Position numbers and translations under genes: made by a program
Part shown: positions 28,931-38,961 of the stretch, piece after piece
Layout: the number at the start of each line of letters is the position of its first letter
How positions within the stretch are numbered: position 1 is the first letter of the stretch
Notes under the pieces: generated by a model
The model's database searches: none
The model's input: the letters and a program-made list of their open reading frames with translations, nothing else
Told to the model about the DNA's origin: nothing
NCBI GenBank assembly: GCA_049297775.1
Contig: JBAQUX010000017.1
Span: forward strand, 21,337 to 85,336
Length of the DNA stretch: 64,000 nucleotides
Origin: Minisyncoccia bacterium
Lineage (GTDB): Bacteria; Patescibacteriota; Minisyncoccia; Phycocordibacterales; UBA2100
Reading direction: 5' to 3'

Positions 28931-30058
28931 TTAGTGTGCATGGCTATGCGCATGTCCGTGCCCCGCATGATTTCCTGATTTTCTTCCTTTAAGGAAATAG
29001 ACCGCAAGCGCGGTAGTAACCGGTACCGCCACAATAAGCCCGAGAGACCCGACGACTGAACGAACAATTTCCGTAGCAAACACTTCCATATTTATGATGT
29101 TGAGTGTAGCGAGTCCGCCTTGGAAGAAAAGGAGCAGTAGTGGTAACGATGCGCCGGTATACGCAAGCACAAGCGTATTCACTAGAGCGGCGACGTGTGC
29201 GCGTCCTACAGTAAGTGCGCGTGAATATACAGCCCTACGAGATAGTGATGGGTCAGTTGCATACAGCTCCTCCACCACAGCAACCTGTGTGGCGGCGATA
29301 TCGTCGAGCACACCGAGAGAGCCAATAATAAATCCTGCGAGGAGCAAACCAAACATATCGAGTTGACCCATTGAGCCCAAATTCAGGTACGCAGCTTCTT
29401 CTGAAGCCATGCCGGTTAATCGAGTACTATATGCAAACGCATACGAAAGTACTCCCGTAAACATAACGGCAATACTCGTACCAGCAAACGCAATACATGA
29501 CGACATGCGGATACCGTACGTAGCAAAAATTGCTACGAACAAAATTCCAGAAGCAACTGCAGTACTCGTCAGTATTGGCGAATATCCCGCAAGAAGCATT
29601 GGGATAAGCACAAAAACAATTGCAAGAAGACTTACGAGAAGTGCTATAAGTGAACGTAATCCTTGCATGCCACCAAAAGCAACAACGATTATGGCAAATA
29701 TCCCGAGTAAGAAGTAAATTGATGTACGTCTGTTATAGTCAAAAACGTTATACAATTTCTTTCCTGAAATATCTTGCAAACTATTTATAAAGAACGTATC
29801 ACCGGCACGAAGTTGAATGTAATCATTTTTAAACTGGACCTCCTCACCAGCCTCTGGCCCAGACATGATGCGCACTTTTAGTTCCTGCGTGGGGTACCCC
29901 GTACCATCTATGAGTGCGGTCGTGTCTGATGAAACTACCTCGAGCACTTTTGCGCTCCATGTTCCCTGCACATCATCATGCAATTCCTGCGCTGATGCGG
30001 GCGTGACCCAGAGACTCAGAAAAGCAAACGTAATGATTAGCGAGCGCATTTTGTACAT
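28931..30058 (-). CDS. YibE/F-family membrane protein with His-rich C-terminal tail (GNHAGHGHAHSHAH)
   Basis: Signal peptide, extracytoplasmic domain, then about 7 TM helices typical of YibE/F; metal-binding His tail. Confidence 0.7.
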   Translation of the reverse strand: MYKMRSLIITFAFLSLWVTPASAQELHDDVQGTWSAKVLEVVSSDTTALIDGTGYPTQELKVRIMSGPEAGEEVQFKNDYIQLRAGDTFFINSLQDISGKKLYNVFDYNRRTSIYFLLGIFAIIVVAFGGMQGLRSLIALLVSLLAIVFVLIPMLLAGYSPILTSTAVASGILFVAIFATYGIRMSSCIAFAGTSIAVMFTGVLSYAFAYSTRLTGMASEEAAYLNLGSMGQLDMFGLLLAGFIIGSLGVLDDIAATQVAVVEELYATDPSLSRRAVYSRALTVGRAHVAALVNTLVLAYTGASLPLLLLFFQGGLATLNIINMEVFATEIVRSVVGSLGLIVAVPVTTALAVYFLKGRKSGNHAGHGHAHSHAH

Positions 30059-30453
30059 AGGCCAAAAAATTCTAATGAGTGACTAGTAATAACTTTGAAC
30101 TTTTGCGATTCAATTCGGGCTTTCTTTAATACTGTTTCTGAGATGCACGAATCCACTTCTTCTCGCACACCACAGCCACTGCACGTCACATGATGATGGT
30201 GATGAGTCTGATACTCAAAAAAGGCTTTACCTTGTCTAAAATCTGCTTGGTAAACGATACCTTTTTCTACTAATTGTTTTAAAACTCGATACAGGGTTAC
30301 GTAATTTGCCTGTGAACCTACTTTTTTTTCAATACTATCAATTGAGCATGGACCATGTGTATCCATAAGTACACAAAGAACCGCGAGTCTACTTTTCGTC
30401 ACCGAAAGACCTGCGCGCGAAAGTATTATTTCTGCTTGTTCGGATGAATTCAT
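30037..30453 (-). CDS. zur: Fur-family metalloregulator, probably Zur
   Basis: Winged-helix N-terminus, HHHHH and CxxC..CxxC metal sites; zinc-transporter neighbours and palindromic boxes in the upstream region. Confidence 0.78.
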   Translation of the reverse strand: MNSSEQAEIILSRAGLSVTKSRLAVLCVLMDTHGPCSIDSIEKKVGSQANYVTLYRVLKQLVEKGIVYQADFRQGKAFFEYQTHHHHHVTCSGCGVREEVDSCISETVLKKARIESQKFKVITSHSLEFFGLCTKCAR

Positions 30454-30495
30454 AGGAAAAGTGTACCATATTAATATACTACATTTTTTTCTAAA

Positions 30496-30510
30496 TGCAA
30501 TTTAGTTGCA
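30496..30510. promoter_or_regulatory. Candidate Zur/Fur box 1 (TGCAAtttagTTGCA)
   Basis: Inverted repeat in the divergent zur / 30569 intergenic region. Confidence 0.45.
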
Positions 30511-30532
30511 AATAAATACGATATATGTAATT

Positions 30533-30549
30533 ATGCAACTTAATTGCAT
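30533..30549. promoter_or_regulatory. Candidate Zur/Fur box 2 (ATGCAActtaaTTGCAT)
   Basis: 6-bp inverted repeat ATGCAA/TTGCAT with 5-nt spacer, 20 nt upstream of the 30569 start. Confidence 0.5.
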
Positions 30550-30568
30550 TATTAATTAATAAAAAAGC

Positions 30569-31930
30569 ATGCGTTCATTAATTTTCTTGTTTGCGTTAGG
30601 TATATATTTATTTACTGCAGACCATGTATCTGCGCAAACTACATGCAACTACACAAGTAACAGAACATTGGGGCTAGGGTCACGTGGAGTCGATGTATCT
30701 GTACTGCAAAATATACTTAACGATTCTTTAAGTGATGGCGCTTCACCTCTTGCGGTTTCCGGGTATTATGGCTCAAAAACTCGACTGAGAGTAATTGAGT
30801 ACCAGAAAAAATTTCTTGGCATTTCTGTCTCAAACAGTTATGGCATTGTAGGTCCTAGAACAAGAGATCACTTGAAGAAATCCTGTGCATTAGCGGCGAC
30901 ATCAGTACAACTCAAAAATAGTTCATCTGGTGCTCAGGGTGAAACACCACACGGGGTCCGAGTGACGCAACAACATATTTCTGAAGGATTACTTCCCCCT
31001 GGAGCTTTGAGAGTCCCCTTTAACAAGGTTGCAATTACTTCAACAAATGAAGCCGTATCGGTTTCAAAAATTAAAATTGTACGCGCAGGGGTTGCAGCAG
31101 ACGGCATCTTTGAAAGTATTGTCATCCTCGATCATGAAGGCAACCCAATTTCAGACGAGAAAATCTTAACCGCAAATCATGATGCTGTCATACCGGTTGA
31201 CCTAACAATTAACGCTGGCAGTGAGGTAATAGTGATGGTTGCTGGGAACATTTCAAGTGAACTCACGGATTTTAGAGGTCAAAGACCAGAGTTGCATATA
31301 CAATCCATAGAAAGTACATCACAGATAGATACTCCATTCCCGCTACTTGGTACCACACATCTTGTTGTTGACTCCTTGAGCATCGGATCTCTTGACGCAT
31401 CACTTGCGGGAGAAGACCCTTCTTCTGACAGAACGATGTACATACATGACCCTAGAACAATATTCTCTGCCATACGTCTCACTGCTCGCAGTGCAGAGGA
31501 TATAATTCTAACGTCAATTTCGTGGGAGCAGAATGGTACCGCGAGCAGTGAAGATATTACAGACGTGGAAATTGTCATTGAGGGGCAAAATTTTGCAACT
31601 ACAAAAAATGGCAGGGAGTATTCTGCCGACGTTGGAGAAATTAAAATACAAAAAGGTCGTTCTATAGTGGCACAGATTCGAGGCGCTTTTACAGGAACCG
31701 GATCTGCGAGAACGGTAAAATTTGATATTGCAGGAAGTGATGCTATCGTTGCACGAGGATCGAGCTATAAGTTCCTTGTGCCCACACAGGCCTCAAGTAA
31801 TACAAGCACTTCAGGAAACTCAGTATTTCTTACTTCAGATGGCACAAGTGACGGCGACGCTCTCGAGCCGTTTTTTAGTGGCTCGCTGGTCACAATCAAT
31901 CCTGGCTCATTTAATTCAATATCAAAATAA
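30569..31930 (+). CDS. Secreted protein with N-terminal peptidoglycan-binding (PG_binding_1-like) domain and large beta-rich C-terminal part
   Basis: Signal peptide; GSRGVDVSVLQNILN...GYYGSKTRLRVIEYQKKFLGIS..GIVGPRT matches the PGBD repeat pattern; sits behind the Zur boxes. Confidence 0.65.
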   Translation: MRSLIFLFALGIYLFTADHVSAQTTCNYTSNRTLGLGSRGVDVSVLQNILNDSLSDGASPLAVSGYYGSKTRLRVIEYQKKFLGISVSNSYGIVGPRTRDHLKKSCALAATSVQLKNSSSGAQGETPHGVRVTQQHISEGLLPPGALRVPFNKVAITSTNEAVSVSKIKIVRAGVAADGIFESIVILDHEGNPISDEKILTANHDAVIPVDLTINAGSEVIVMVAGNISSELTDFRGQRPELHIQSIESTSQIDTPFPLLGTTHLVVDSLSIGSLDASLAGEDPSSDRTMYIHDPRTIFSAIRLTARSAEDIILTSISWEQNGTASSEDITDVEIVIEGQNFATTKNGREYSADVGEIKIQKGRSIVAQIRGAFTGTGSARTVKFDIAGSDAIVARGSSYKFLVPTQASSNTSTSGNSVFLTSDGTSDGDALEPFFSGSLVTINPGSFNSISK

Positions 31931-31940
31931 AAAATATCAT

Positions 31941-32762
31941 ATGACTGAATTTCTAACTACGTACGGATACGTACTACTCGCCGGACTTGTTCTGTTAGCC
32001 CCGACACTGGTCGGAGTACTATTTGGCAGTGCGCGAATTCAGAAATTTTTGCAAAGCCGAACACACACAATACTCGCCTTTTCTGTGGGCGTATATAGCG
32101 TTGTTGCATGGGGACTATTTTCAGAAGCATACGAACATATGCCGCTTCTACATGTACTTGGAGCAAGCTTAGGTGCTTTTCTCTTTTTAGAAATTCTTAT
32201 GCGCCTGTTAAGTAACACCCACCATCACCACCACAGCGACGGACACGACCACGAGCACGGCCCTGTAGATGCACGCGCAATGCTCATCTCCGACTCAGTA
32301 CATAATGTTACTGACGGACTATTGCTCGTACCTGCATTTGCCGTAAGTCCAATACTCGGTATTGCAACAACATTTAGTATATTTGCTCACGAATCAGTTC
32401 TCGAAACCGCAAAATACTTTGTACTTCGTGAAAGCGGGTACACACATGCACAGGCAATTGCTCGTGGGTTTTTTGCAGGATGCACCGTATTTATTGGTAT
32501 TGCGCTCGCGCTCTTTATTTCAGGGAGCGATACACTTGAACCATGGCTTCTCGCTGCGGCAACTGGTTCAATTGTATATGTATTACTACGCGACCTACTT
32601 CCAGACGTCTTCTTTCATACCTCAGAGGAAGAATCCTACACGAAAACACTCATAGCACTCATTCTAGGCGTAGTAACATTACTTGCAGTGCAAAGCATGC
32701 TCCCGCACGAACACGAATCTGAACATGCAGAGACAGGTGAAGCAGTGCACTTACTTGAGTAA
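31941..32762 (+). CDS. zupT: ZIP-family zinc transporter (ZupT-like)
   Basis: 8-TM ZIP topology, His-rich loop HHHHHSDGHDHEHG, conserved HESVLE motif; start at MTEFL (ATG 31941); the longer ORF from 31722 overlaps the upstream gene. Confidence 0.8.
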   Translation: MTEFLTTYGYVLLAGLVLLAPTLVGVLFGSARIQKFLQSRTHTILAFSVGVYSVVAWGLFSEAYEHMPLLHVLGASLGAFLFLEILMRLLSNTHHHHHSDGHDHEHGPVDARAMLISDSVHNVTDGLLLVPAFAVSPILGIATTFSIFAHESVLETAKYFVLRESGYTHAQAIARGFFAGCTVFIGIALALFISGSDTLEPWLLAAATGSIVYVLLRDLLPDVFFHTSEEESYTKTLIALILGVVTLLAVQSMLPHEHESEHAETGEAVHLLE

Positions 32763-33818
32763 GAAAGCGCAAATCTTTTTTATATCTGAAAGTGAGTGTT
32801 GTGGAAAATTCGCGATACGAATTTTTGTATCTTTATCTTTATTGTAACCAGATGCGATAAGAATACCTTTTGCTTTAATTGCCTCAATAATTGTTTTTGA
32901 GCCAGTAGGTGTAAGTGCAACAATGACTGTTTCTGAGCGCCACGCTGGATTTGAAATTGCTGGCGTCGCAATTTTTGATTTTGCGAGTGTTGCATAAACC
33001 AACTTAGCCTTCTCTTTCTGCTCCTTTCGCATACGTGTAACACCGAGCTTAAGCATCATTTTTATATCTTCATTGAGGAGATGCATGAAGAGCACATTAG
33101 GTGTTTCCAAGGTTTTACATTCACGGCCCTGCTTTACTAATGATGGAAACGAGTGAAATAAACCATTGTAGGTTCCTTCTGCAAAAAGACTTGCAGAATA
33201 TGCAATTGCACGTGGTGACAAAATCCCTACCCCAATACCAGCCGGTAACCCCATTCCCTTTTGGACAGAAAAGAACGTACAATCCATGAGTGCAGTAGGA
33301 ATATCTGCAGTCGGCGCAGATGACACAATATCAATTGCGATAAGCGCATCAGGAAATTTGCTTCGAATTGATTCAATAAACTTTCTTGGAAGCTGACTAC
33401 CGACACTAGTCTCAGAGTGAGTGAGAAATAATAGCTGAGGTCGTGACGATGCAGGGATATCATCAAGCGAGAAGGAGCCATCAGCCCGCGCATCAATACG
33501 CACAGCGTTTCTACCAGCAGTTTTGGCAAAAATATATGCTCGTTCACCAAAGTTACCGGAAACCAAGTGCAATGTTTCTGTGGTAGACATATTCTGAACG
33601 GTGCGTTCCATAAATTCAGTTGCAGACCCGAGAAATACTGTCTCAAAGTCCTTAGGTGCTTTAAATAATTTCTTTGTGTTCTCACAGAGTTCACGGTACA
33701 TGGTTGTAAAATATGCACTACGGTGAGATACAGAAGGTACATCTTTTTTAAGTGCCTCATCAAGATGCTTTTTAAAATACGCGTGAGTTTGTGAAGGGCC
33801 GACAGTAAAATATTTCAT
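32751..33818 (-). CDS. serC: Phosphoserine aminotransferase (class-V aminotransferase)
   Basis: FTVGPS...VSHRS N-terminal pattern and PLP-lysine context FFSVQKGMGLPAGIG; directly downstream of serA. Confidence 0.75.
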   Translation of the reverse strand: MKYFTVGPSQTHAYFKKHLDEALKKDVPSVSHRSAYFTTMYRELCENTKKLFKAPKDFETVFLGSATEFMERTVQNMSTTETLHLVSGNFGERAYIFAKTAGRNAVRIDARADGSFSLDDIPASSRPQLLFLTHSETSVGSQLPRKFIESIRSKFPDALIAIDIVSSAPTADIPTALMDCTFFSVQKGMGLPAGIGVGILSPRAIAYSASLFAEGTYNGLFHSFPSLVKQGRECKTLETPNVLFMHLLNEDIKMMLKLGVTRMRKEQKEKAKLVYATLAKSKIATPAISNPAWRSETVIVALTPTGSKTIIEAIKAKGILIASGYNKDKDTKIRIANFPQHSLSDIKKICAFLLK

Positions 33819-33819
33819 G

Positions 33820-35052
33820 TTAGTTGCAATGTATTACCCGAATGGTGCCTTTAATGTTTGATAAATCAGCAAGTAATTCTGGAGTGCATTTCCCTACAAA
33901 ATCAACAACTGCATACCCTACTTTTTCATTGGTACGCAATGATTGTCCGACGACGTTAATTTTCCTTTCTGCGAGCACTTCGTTGATTTGTGCAAGCATA
34001 CCCGGCACGTTTGCATGTATATGCACCAAACGAGCTGTCTTTTCTTGCTGAGGCATATTAGTTTGAGGAAAATTCACCGACAGCATGGAATCCCCAGTAG
34101 TACAGAAAGAAACGAGCTTGGCACTGACATACTGACCGATAGCGAGCTGTGCCTCCTCAGTACTCCCACCCACGTGTGGTGTAAGAATAACGTTTGGAAT
34201 GCCTTGTAATGGCGACAGAAACCTCTCGTCATTTCCCTTTGGTTCATGAGGAAAAACGTCTACCGATGCGCCAGCAAGTGCTCCGCTTCTAAGCGCCGCC
34301 GCGAGCGCATCGACAACAACAACGTGCCCACGACTCAGATTTAATAAATATGCACCCTTTTTCATAGACTTTAATTCTGGCGCATCAATTAAATCTGCAT
34401 TCTCTACTCGCCCATCAACATGCAGTGTTACCACATCAGCCCATGCAAGGAGTTCTTTTTGAGTTTTCATTTTTCTTGCGTTACCTAAGGCGAGCTTTTC
34501 TTGTATATCAAAAAATGCTACCTGCATGCCAAGCCCTTCTGCTACAACGGAAAGCTGTGAACCAATATTTCCATACCCAATGATGCCGAGTTTCTTGCCC
34601 CGAATCTCATAACTGCCTTTAGAAGATTTGTCCCAACCGCCTGCATGCGCTTCGATACTCTGAGAGAAAGTGCGACGCATCAGCATGATAATTTCTCCAA
34701 TCGCTAATTCGACTACCGAACGAGTGTTAGAGTATGGTGCATTAAAAACAGCAATTCCTTTTGCGGTACAGGTAGGAATATCAATCTGATTCGTGCCAAT
34801 ACAAAATGCACCAATCGCTCGTAACTGTGGTGCTGCAGAAATTACTGCCTGAGTAACTTTTGTCTTTGAACGAATACCCAAAAGTGCGACACCAGGAATT
34901 GCGGCAATGAGCTCTTGCTCACTGAGAGCCTTTGCGTGTGTCACAACCTGATATCCTGCATCTTCGAAGGTCTTTACTGCGTCACTGTTAATATTTTCTA
35001 GGAGAAGAACTTTTTGCTTAGTAAGCTTTTTTTGTTTCTTTACTGTAGACAT
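33820..35052 (-). CDS. serA: D-3-phosphoglycerate dehydrogenase with C-terminal ACT domain
   Basis: 2-hydroxyacid dehydrogenase fold, NAD motif GIIGYGNIGSQ, catalytic region, C-terminal ACT-like segment. Confidence 0.82.
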   Translation of the reverse strand: MSTVKKQKKLTKQKVLLLENINSDAVKTFEDAGYQVVTHAKALSEQELIAAIPGVALLGIRSKTKVTQAVISAAPQLRAIGAFCIGTNQIDIPTCTAKGIAVFNAPYSNTRSVVELAIGEIIMLMRRTFSQSIEAHAGGWDKSSKGSYEIRGKKLGIIGYGNIGSQLSVVAEGLGMQVAFFDIQEKLALGNARKMKTQKELLAWADVVTLHVDGRVENADLIDAPELKSMKKGAYLLNLSRGHVVVVDALAAALRSGALAGASVDVFPHEPKGNDERFLSPLQGIPNVILTPHVGGSTEEAQLAIGQYVSAKLVSFCTTGDSMLSVNFPQTNMPQQEKTARLVHIHANVPGMLAQINEVLAERKINVVGQSLRTNEKVGYAVVDFVGKCTPELLADLSNIKGTIRVIHCN

Positions 35053-35132
35053 CGGTATATCCTACCGCGCATAAGAACGCACCACAATACCAGCTTGATA
35101 TAAAGCTCTGCACATACTTGTGTGTGCTAGTA

Positions 35133-35618
35133 CTAAGAGTTTCGAAGGGCACAGACCACCTCAGGCTCAGATGCACGTAACGCAATGAGTCGCTCGCCAG
35201 CAGTAATAAATGTACGCATTTCAGATTGCATAAGTAGACGCTGTTCTGGAGATGCCTCGGAAAATTTCTGTGCAAGCTGATGTGAAGTTGCATAGTTATC
35301 ATCCTCGAGAAACGGCGCCACTACGGTCTTCGCGAGCTTTTCTGCCTCAATATAGGCAGGGTACTTTTGCGCCACGGTAACAGAGAGAACATTTTTTCCA
35401 TAACACGCTTTGTCCCACCCACCAAGAACTTCGTTTACGACACGTGCAACTTTTCTCATTAAGAGCTGTGGTGTCTCCTTTTGGCTTGATGGTGCACCTT
35501 CCTCCGTTGGAGAATTTGCGTACACACCTGCGGTAGGGACTCCCAACATCCATGCAGCAAGAAAGCCAGCACGAAATATTTTTCCTAACGTTGTTCCAGC
35601 TTTTTTTCGCTCAATCAT
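35133..35618 (-). CDS. Hypothetical secreted protein
   Basis: 161 codons, N-terminal signal-like segment, 4-nt overlap with the upstream gene (operon). Confidence 0.5.
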   Translation of the reverse strand: MIERKKAGTTLGKIFRAGFLAAWMLGVPTAGVYANSPTEEGAPSSQKETPQLLMRKVARVVNEVLGGWDKACYGKNVLSVTVAQKYPAYIEAEKLAKTVVAPFLEDDNYATSHQLAQKFSEASPEQRLLMQSEMRTFITAGERLIALRASEPEVVCALRNS

Positions 35619-36598
35619 TTTTGTAATTTAAATTGTTGTAGGTAGTATGATGAACGTGTAGGCTCAAATCCTCGCACGTAGTCTGTTCTCCCCTCCTTAT
35701 ATGTTGAAAACTCAGGGACATACGTTGGAGTAAATGTAACTTTTCCAGTACCAACTTCTTCTGTAATACCAATTGCATTCGCAGCTGCGGGCGACAAGTC
35801 GTAATTTCTCCCAAAACGATCGTAAAATGCACCGCTATTATTAACTACTATTGGAATTTCCTGACCATTTGGACCTTTCATAACACCAACAGTACCATCA
35901 GGATAGTGCTGACTGGCCATGTGATACAAATCGTCATCACGAATTGCTCCAGAGGCAGTCACTATACTACCTGCCATTTTGTCGCCCGGATCACCATAGC
36001 GCGATGCGATACCACTCTCCGGAACTCCAATCTTTTTTTCTGCTTCATCATTAGTAAGATATCGTCCATTGGTATTCCTTCGTCCCTCTTGTTTACCAAG
36101 GACGTCATCGAGAGCACTTCTTTTTTCCTCTTGTCGGCACATAACAATGTACCCATTCGTAGCTGTATCATCACACACTTCAGTACGTTTACTTGCTGCC
36201 GCAATACCCTGGGCTTGTGACTTTTTGTCACTACCAAAAAAACCTCGTGACATGACCGCAACTCCCTTCGTGCAATTTTTCTGACATTTTTCACCATAAT
36301 TATGTTTAATGTCTGTCTCTTTCATACAGCGTCTATGTTCAACTTTTCCAGTTTTATTTTTTATGACTAATTCAACACCTTCAAGTCGTGCATCCTCATG
36401 GCATTTTTTTAACTCCGCACCTTTGAGACGACGTTCATTACAGTCACTAATTCTTAGTTTTTCTTTTGCCTCGCATTGCGGATCCAGTGTGTCTGCCTTC
36501 TTTGTGTTTTGGGGCGCTGCCTTCTTTGTTTGTGCAAGAGCAAGCGAGCCAGAACAAAGAATGAGTACGAGACTGCACGCAAATAAAATTCTTTTCAT
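35615..36598 (-). CDS. RlpA-like lipoprotein with double-psi beta-barrel domain; Cys/Lys-rich N-terminal region
   Basis: Signal peptide from MKRILFACSLVLILCSGSLA; C-terminal GIASRYG..GSIVTASGA..DPBB pattern; start at ATG 36596-36598 (ORF open to 36745). Confidence 0.7.
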   Translation of the reverse strand: MKRILFACSLVLILCSGSLALAQTKKAAPQNTKKADTLDPQCEAKEKLRISDCNERRLKGAELKKCHEDARLEGVELVIKNKTGKVEHRRCMKETDIKHNYGEKCQKNCTKGVAVMSRGFFGSDKKSQAQGIAAASKRTEVCDDTATNGYIVMCRQEEKRSALDDVLGKQEGRRNTNGRYLTNDEAEKKIGVPESGIASRYGDPGDKMAGSIVTASGAIRDDDLYHMASQHYPDGTVGVMKGPNGQEIPIVVNNSGAFYDRFGRNYDLSPAAANAIGITEEVGTGKVTFTPTYVPEFSTYKEGRTDYVRGFEPTRSSYYLQQFKLQK

Positions 36599-36638
36599 GG
36601 GTGAAGTATAACAGAAGCACAGTAATGCAAAAGCAGTG

Positions 36639-37295
36639 CTAGAGTAATTTGAGCAACTGAGCAAAGTCAGTAATTTCATGGTCGGCAACTGCGACGACTG
36701 GCTCTCTTCGAGCGTGTTCAGTGTAGGCGATAAATGTACTAGCAACTCCTTGCCTCTTTACATCGTAATCAGTCATACCATCTCCTACCATATATATCTT
36801 TCCCGTAAGTCCGAGGGAGCGAATTTGTTCTGCTTTCCCTCCTTTCTGCGATGCTGGACGCATCGTATCTACGCCAACCACCCTACCCTCTGTATCGTAG
36901 ACAAAATTATTTGCAAATACATGTGACCGAGGAATAGACAACACGTCAGTGACGGGAAAAATAAGATCGTCAAAACCACCTGATACTACATATATAGTAT
37001 CTGCGTGCTGAGTAAAAAAATCTACATGTTCGCTAAATGAACGGGTCACGTACTTTGTCATGGTCGGCGCAAAAGCATGTACATCACTCACTGTCAGAGA
37101 CAAAAGCGGCATGCGACGCGAAAGTGATTCCTCATAGGGAATGGTCCCGTCCATACCCAAATTAGTAATTTCTTTCATTTTTTTGAGAATATCTTCTTTC
37201 TCTGAATTATTTCTGAGTGCGTATTCCGCGAGAACTTCAAGTGATTCTACGCTTGCAATAGTGCTATCAAAATCGAAAACAAGAATGGGATTCAT
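36639..37295 (-). CDS. serB: HAD-IB phosphoserine phosphatase-like hydrolase
   Basis: DFDST motif I, GDGMTD motif IV; in the same operon as serA/serC. Confidence 0.65.
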   Translation of the reverse strand: MNPILVFDFDSTIASVESLEVLAEYALRNNSEKEDILKKMKEITNLGMDGTIPYEESLSRRMPLLSLTVSDVHAFAPTMTKYVTRSFSEHVDFFTQHADTIYVVSGGFDDLIFPVTDVLSIPRSHVFANNFVYDTEGRVVGVDTMRPASQKGGKAEQIRSLGLTGKIYMVGDGMTDYDVKRQGVASTFIAYTEHARREPVVAVADHEITDFAQLLKLL

Positions 37296-37303
37296 ACGGT
37301 ACG

Positions 37304-38878
37304 TTACGAACGAATGATGTATTTCTCAATATGGGCTACAGTTCCACCTATTTTTTTTGAAGGATTAAAAATATTTTCTGCGTCGAATAGAGTTTTTATT
37401 GCACCGAAGACTCCATACGTCTCACTGCCATAAAATTTATCAAGAAATGGTGTACGAATAATGCCATCGCCATGGTCTGCGCTCATGTGCCCGTCCATTT
37501 CATTAACCAGAGCAAAAGTCACATCACAGAGCTCAACAATTTTTTGTGCCACATCGGGCAAAGACATATCGAACACGGGAATAATACGTAACGCCCCATC
37601 GCCAATATGCCCATGGAATCCATATGTTATGTGGCGGTCTTCAAGAATCTTTACGAGCTGAGGGACGAACTCATCAAACTTCTCTATAGGCACAATGATA
37701 TCTTCGATGCACGGCACGGCATGATGCGCCCCCTCATGACTATCACGCATTACTTTGAAGCTTGAACGACGTATTTTCCATAAGTTATCAGCAAGTACTG
37801 GGTCTGCAACTACATGCGATTCAATGCGTTTACGCGCTAACTCAGACATGCATCCCCATGCTTGTAAACTAGTCGCGTTTGCATTCTTTTCACTAAACTG
37901 CGCGAGAATCATTAAGTGTGCACCCGACATTAAGTCTGCGGTTGCGGCTGTTTCAGTGGGGAGTAATTGTTTTGCGTATTCATACGTATGTATATCAAAT
38001 GTCTCACACCCTTCTGGATTATGCGCCATAACAGTTAGGAGTACTTCCGGGAGATGCAGGAGGTCGAGCACAGGAATAGCGAGTAGCTGTGGATGCTGTG
38101 GAATTGGCACCAGTGTCAGTTGTGCGCGAGTAATAATGCCCAATGTCCCTTGTGAGCCGACAAAGAGTTTTGCCATATTTACTGTTCCATCTTTTTGGTT
38201 ATAGATACGCTCTATGCGGTACCCTGATGCGCACTTGGTCACGGGACGGTTTAGCGTGCGAAGTGCACCAGCACTGCCAAACAATATGTGTGCAATTTCT
38301 CTATATATTTCACCCTCAAAGCTTTCAAGTCCCTGCTTTTCTTGAAACTGCTCTGGGCTGAGCTGACCAAACTCGTACTCAACACCGTCTGAAAGAACCA
38401 CCCACACACGCTCAACGTTATCTATGGTTGCACCAAACCGCACACTTTTTTCACCAGACGCATTGTTACCAATCATGCCACCAATACCACAGACGTCTTT
38501 AGATGATGTATACGGTGCAAACATAAGACCATGAGGGAGTGCGATATGTTCAATATCTCTATAATACGCACCCATGTCTACGATTGCGCGTTTTTTTTCT
38601 ACATCTATCACCACTTGGTGCATGTACTTCTTCAAATCAACAATGAGCCCTTCAGTTAGCGAACCCCCAGACATACAAGTCCCTCCTGCGCGCGGTGAGA
38701 GCGTAAAGTTACCCGGAGCATTCTTCACCAAGAGGCCAAGCTCCTCGACCATGCGTGGATACACCACAGCACACGGAGGAACTACGAAAACACTTGAATC
38801 CTTTGAAGCAATTTTTATATCATCCGCATCCACTGAGAAATCAAAATTATTCTCCTCTAAAAATTGTACTGCGTTCAT
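37304..38878 (-). CDS. FAD-linked oxidase (PCMH-type FAD-binding domain plus FAD-oxidase C-terminal domain; GlcD/D-lactate dehydrogenase-like)
   Basis: FAD_binding_4 pattern (RAGGTCMSGGSLTEGLIVDL..CGIGGMIGNNASG), about 520 aa; start at MNAVQ. Confidence 0.75.
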   Translation of the reverse strand: MNAVQFLEENNFDFSVDADDIKIASKDSSVFVVPPCAVVYPRMVEELGLLVKNAPGNFTLSPRAGGTCMSGGSLTEGLIVDLKKYMHQVVIDVEKKRAIVDMGAYYRDIEHIALPHGLMFAPYTSSKDVCGIGGMIGNNASGEKSVRFGATIDNVERVWVVLSDGVEYEFGQLSPEQFQEKQGLESFEGEIYREIAHILFGSAGALRTLNRPVTKCASGYRIERIYNQKDGTVNMAKLFVGSQGTLGIITRAQLTLVPIPQHPQLLAIPVLDLLHLPEVLLTVMAHNPEGCETFDIHTYEYAKQLLPTETAATADLMSGAHLMILAQFSEKNANATSLQAWGCMSELARKRIESHVVADPVLADNLWKIRRSSFKVMRDSHEGAHHAVPCIEDIIVPIEKFDEFVPQLVKILEDRHITYGFHGHIGDGALRIIPVFDMSLPDVAQKIVELCDVTFALVNEMDGHMSADHGDGIIRTPFLDKFYGSETYGVFGAIKTLFDAENIFNPSKKIGGTVAHIEKYIIRS

Positions 38879-38961
38879 ATAGAAACATAGTAGCATTTAA
38901 TACATAAAGTTACAGACGCACAGCCTGGAAAATATATGGCTTCTGTGAGAATATACTGCTC

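Noticed and set aside
31722-31940. A 346-aa ORF overlapping the preceding gene by about 200 nt as a long N-terminal extension of ZupT
   Set aside because: The ZIP-family homology starts at MTEFL (ATG 31941). The upstream part is the alternate frame of the 30569..31930 gene.
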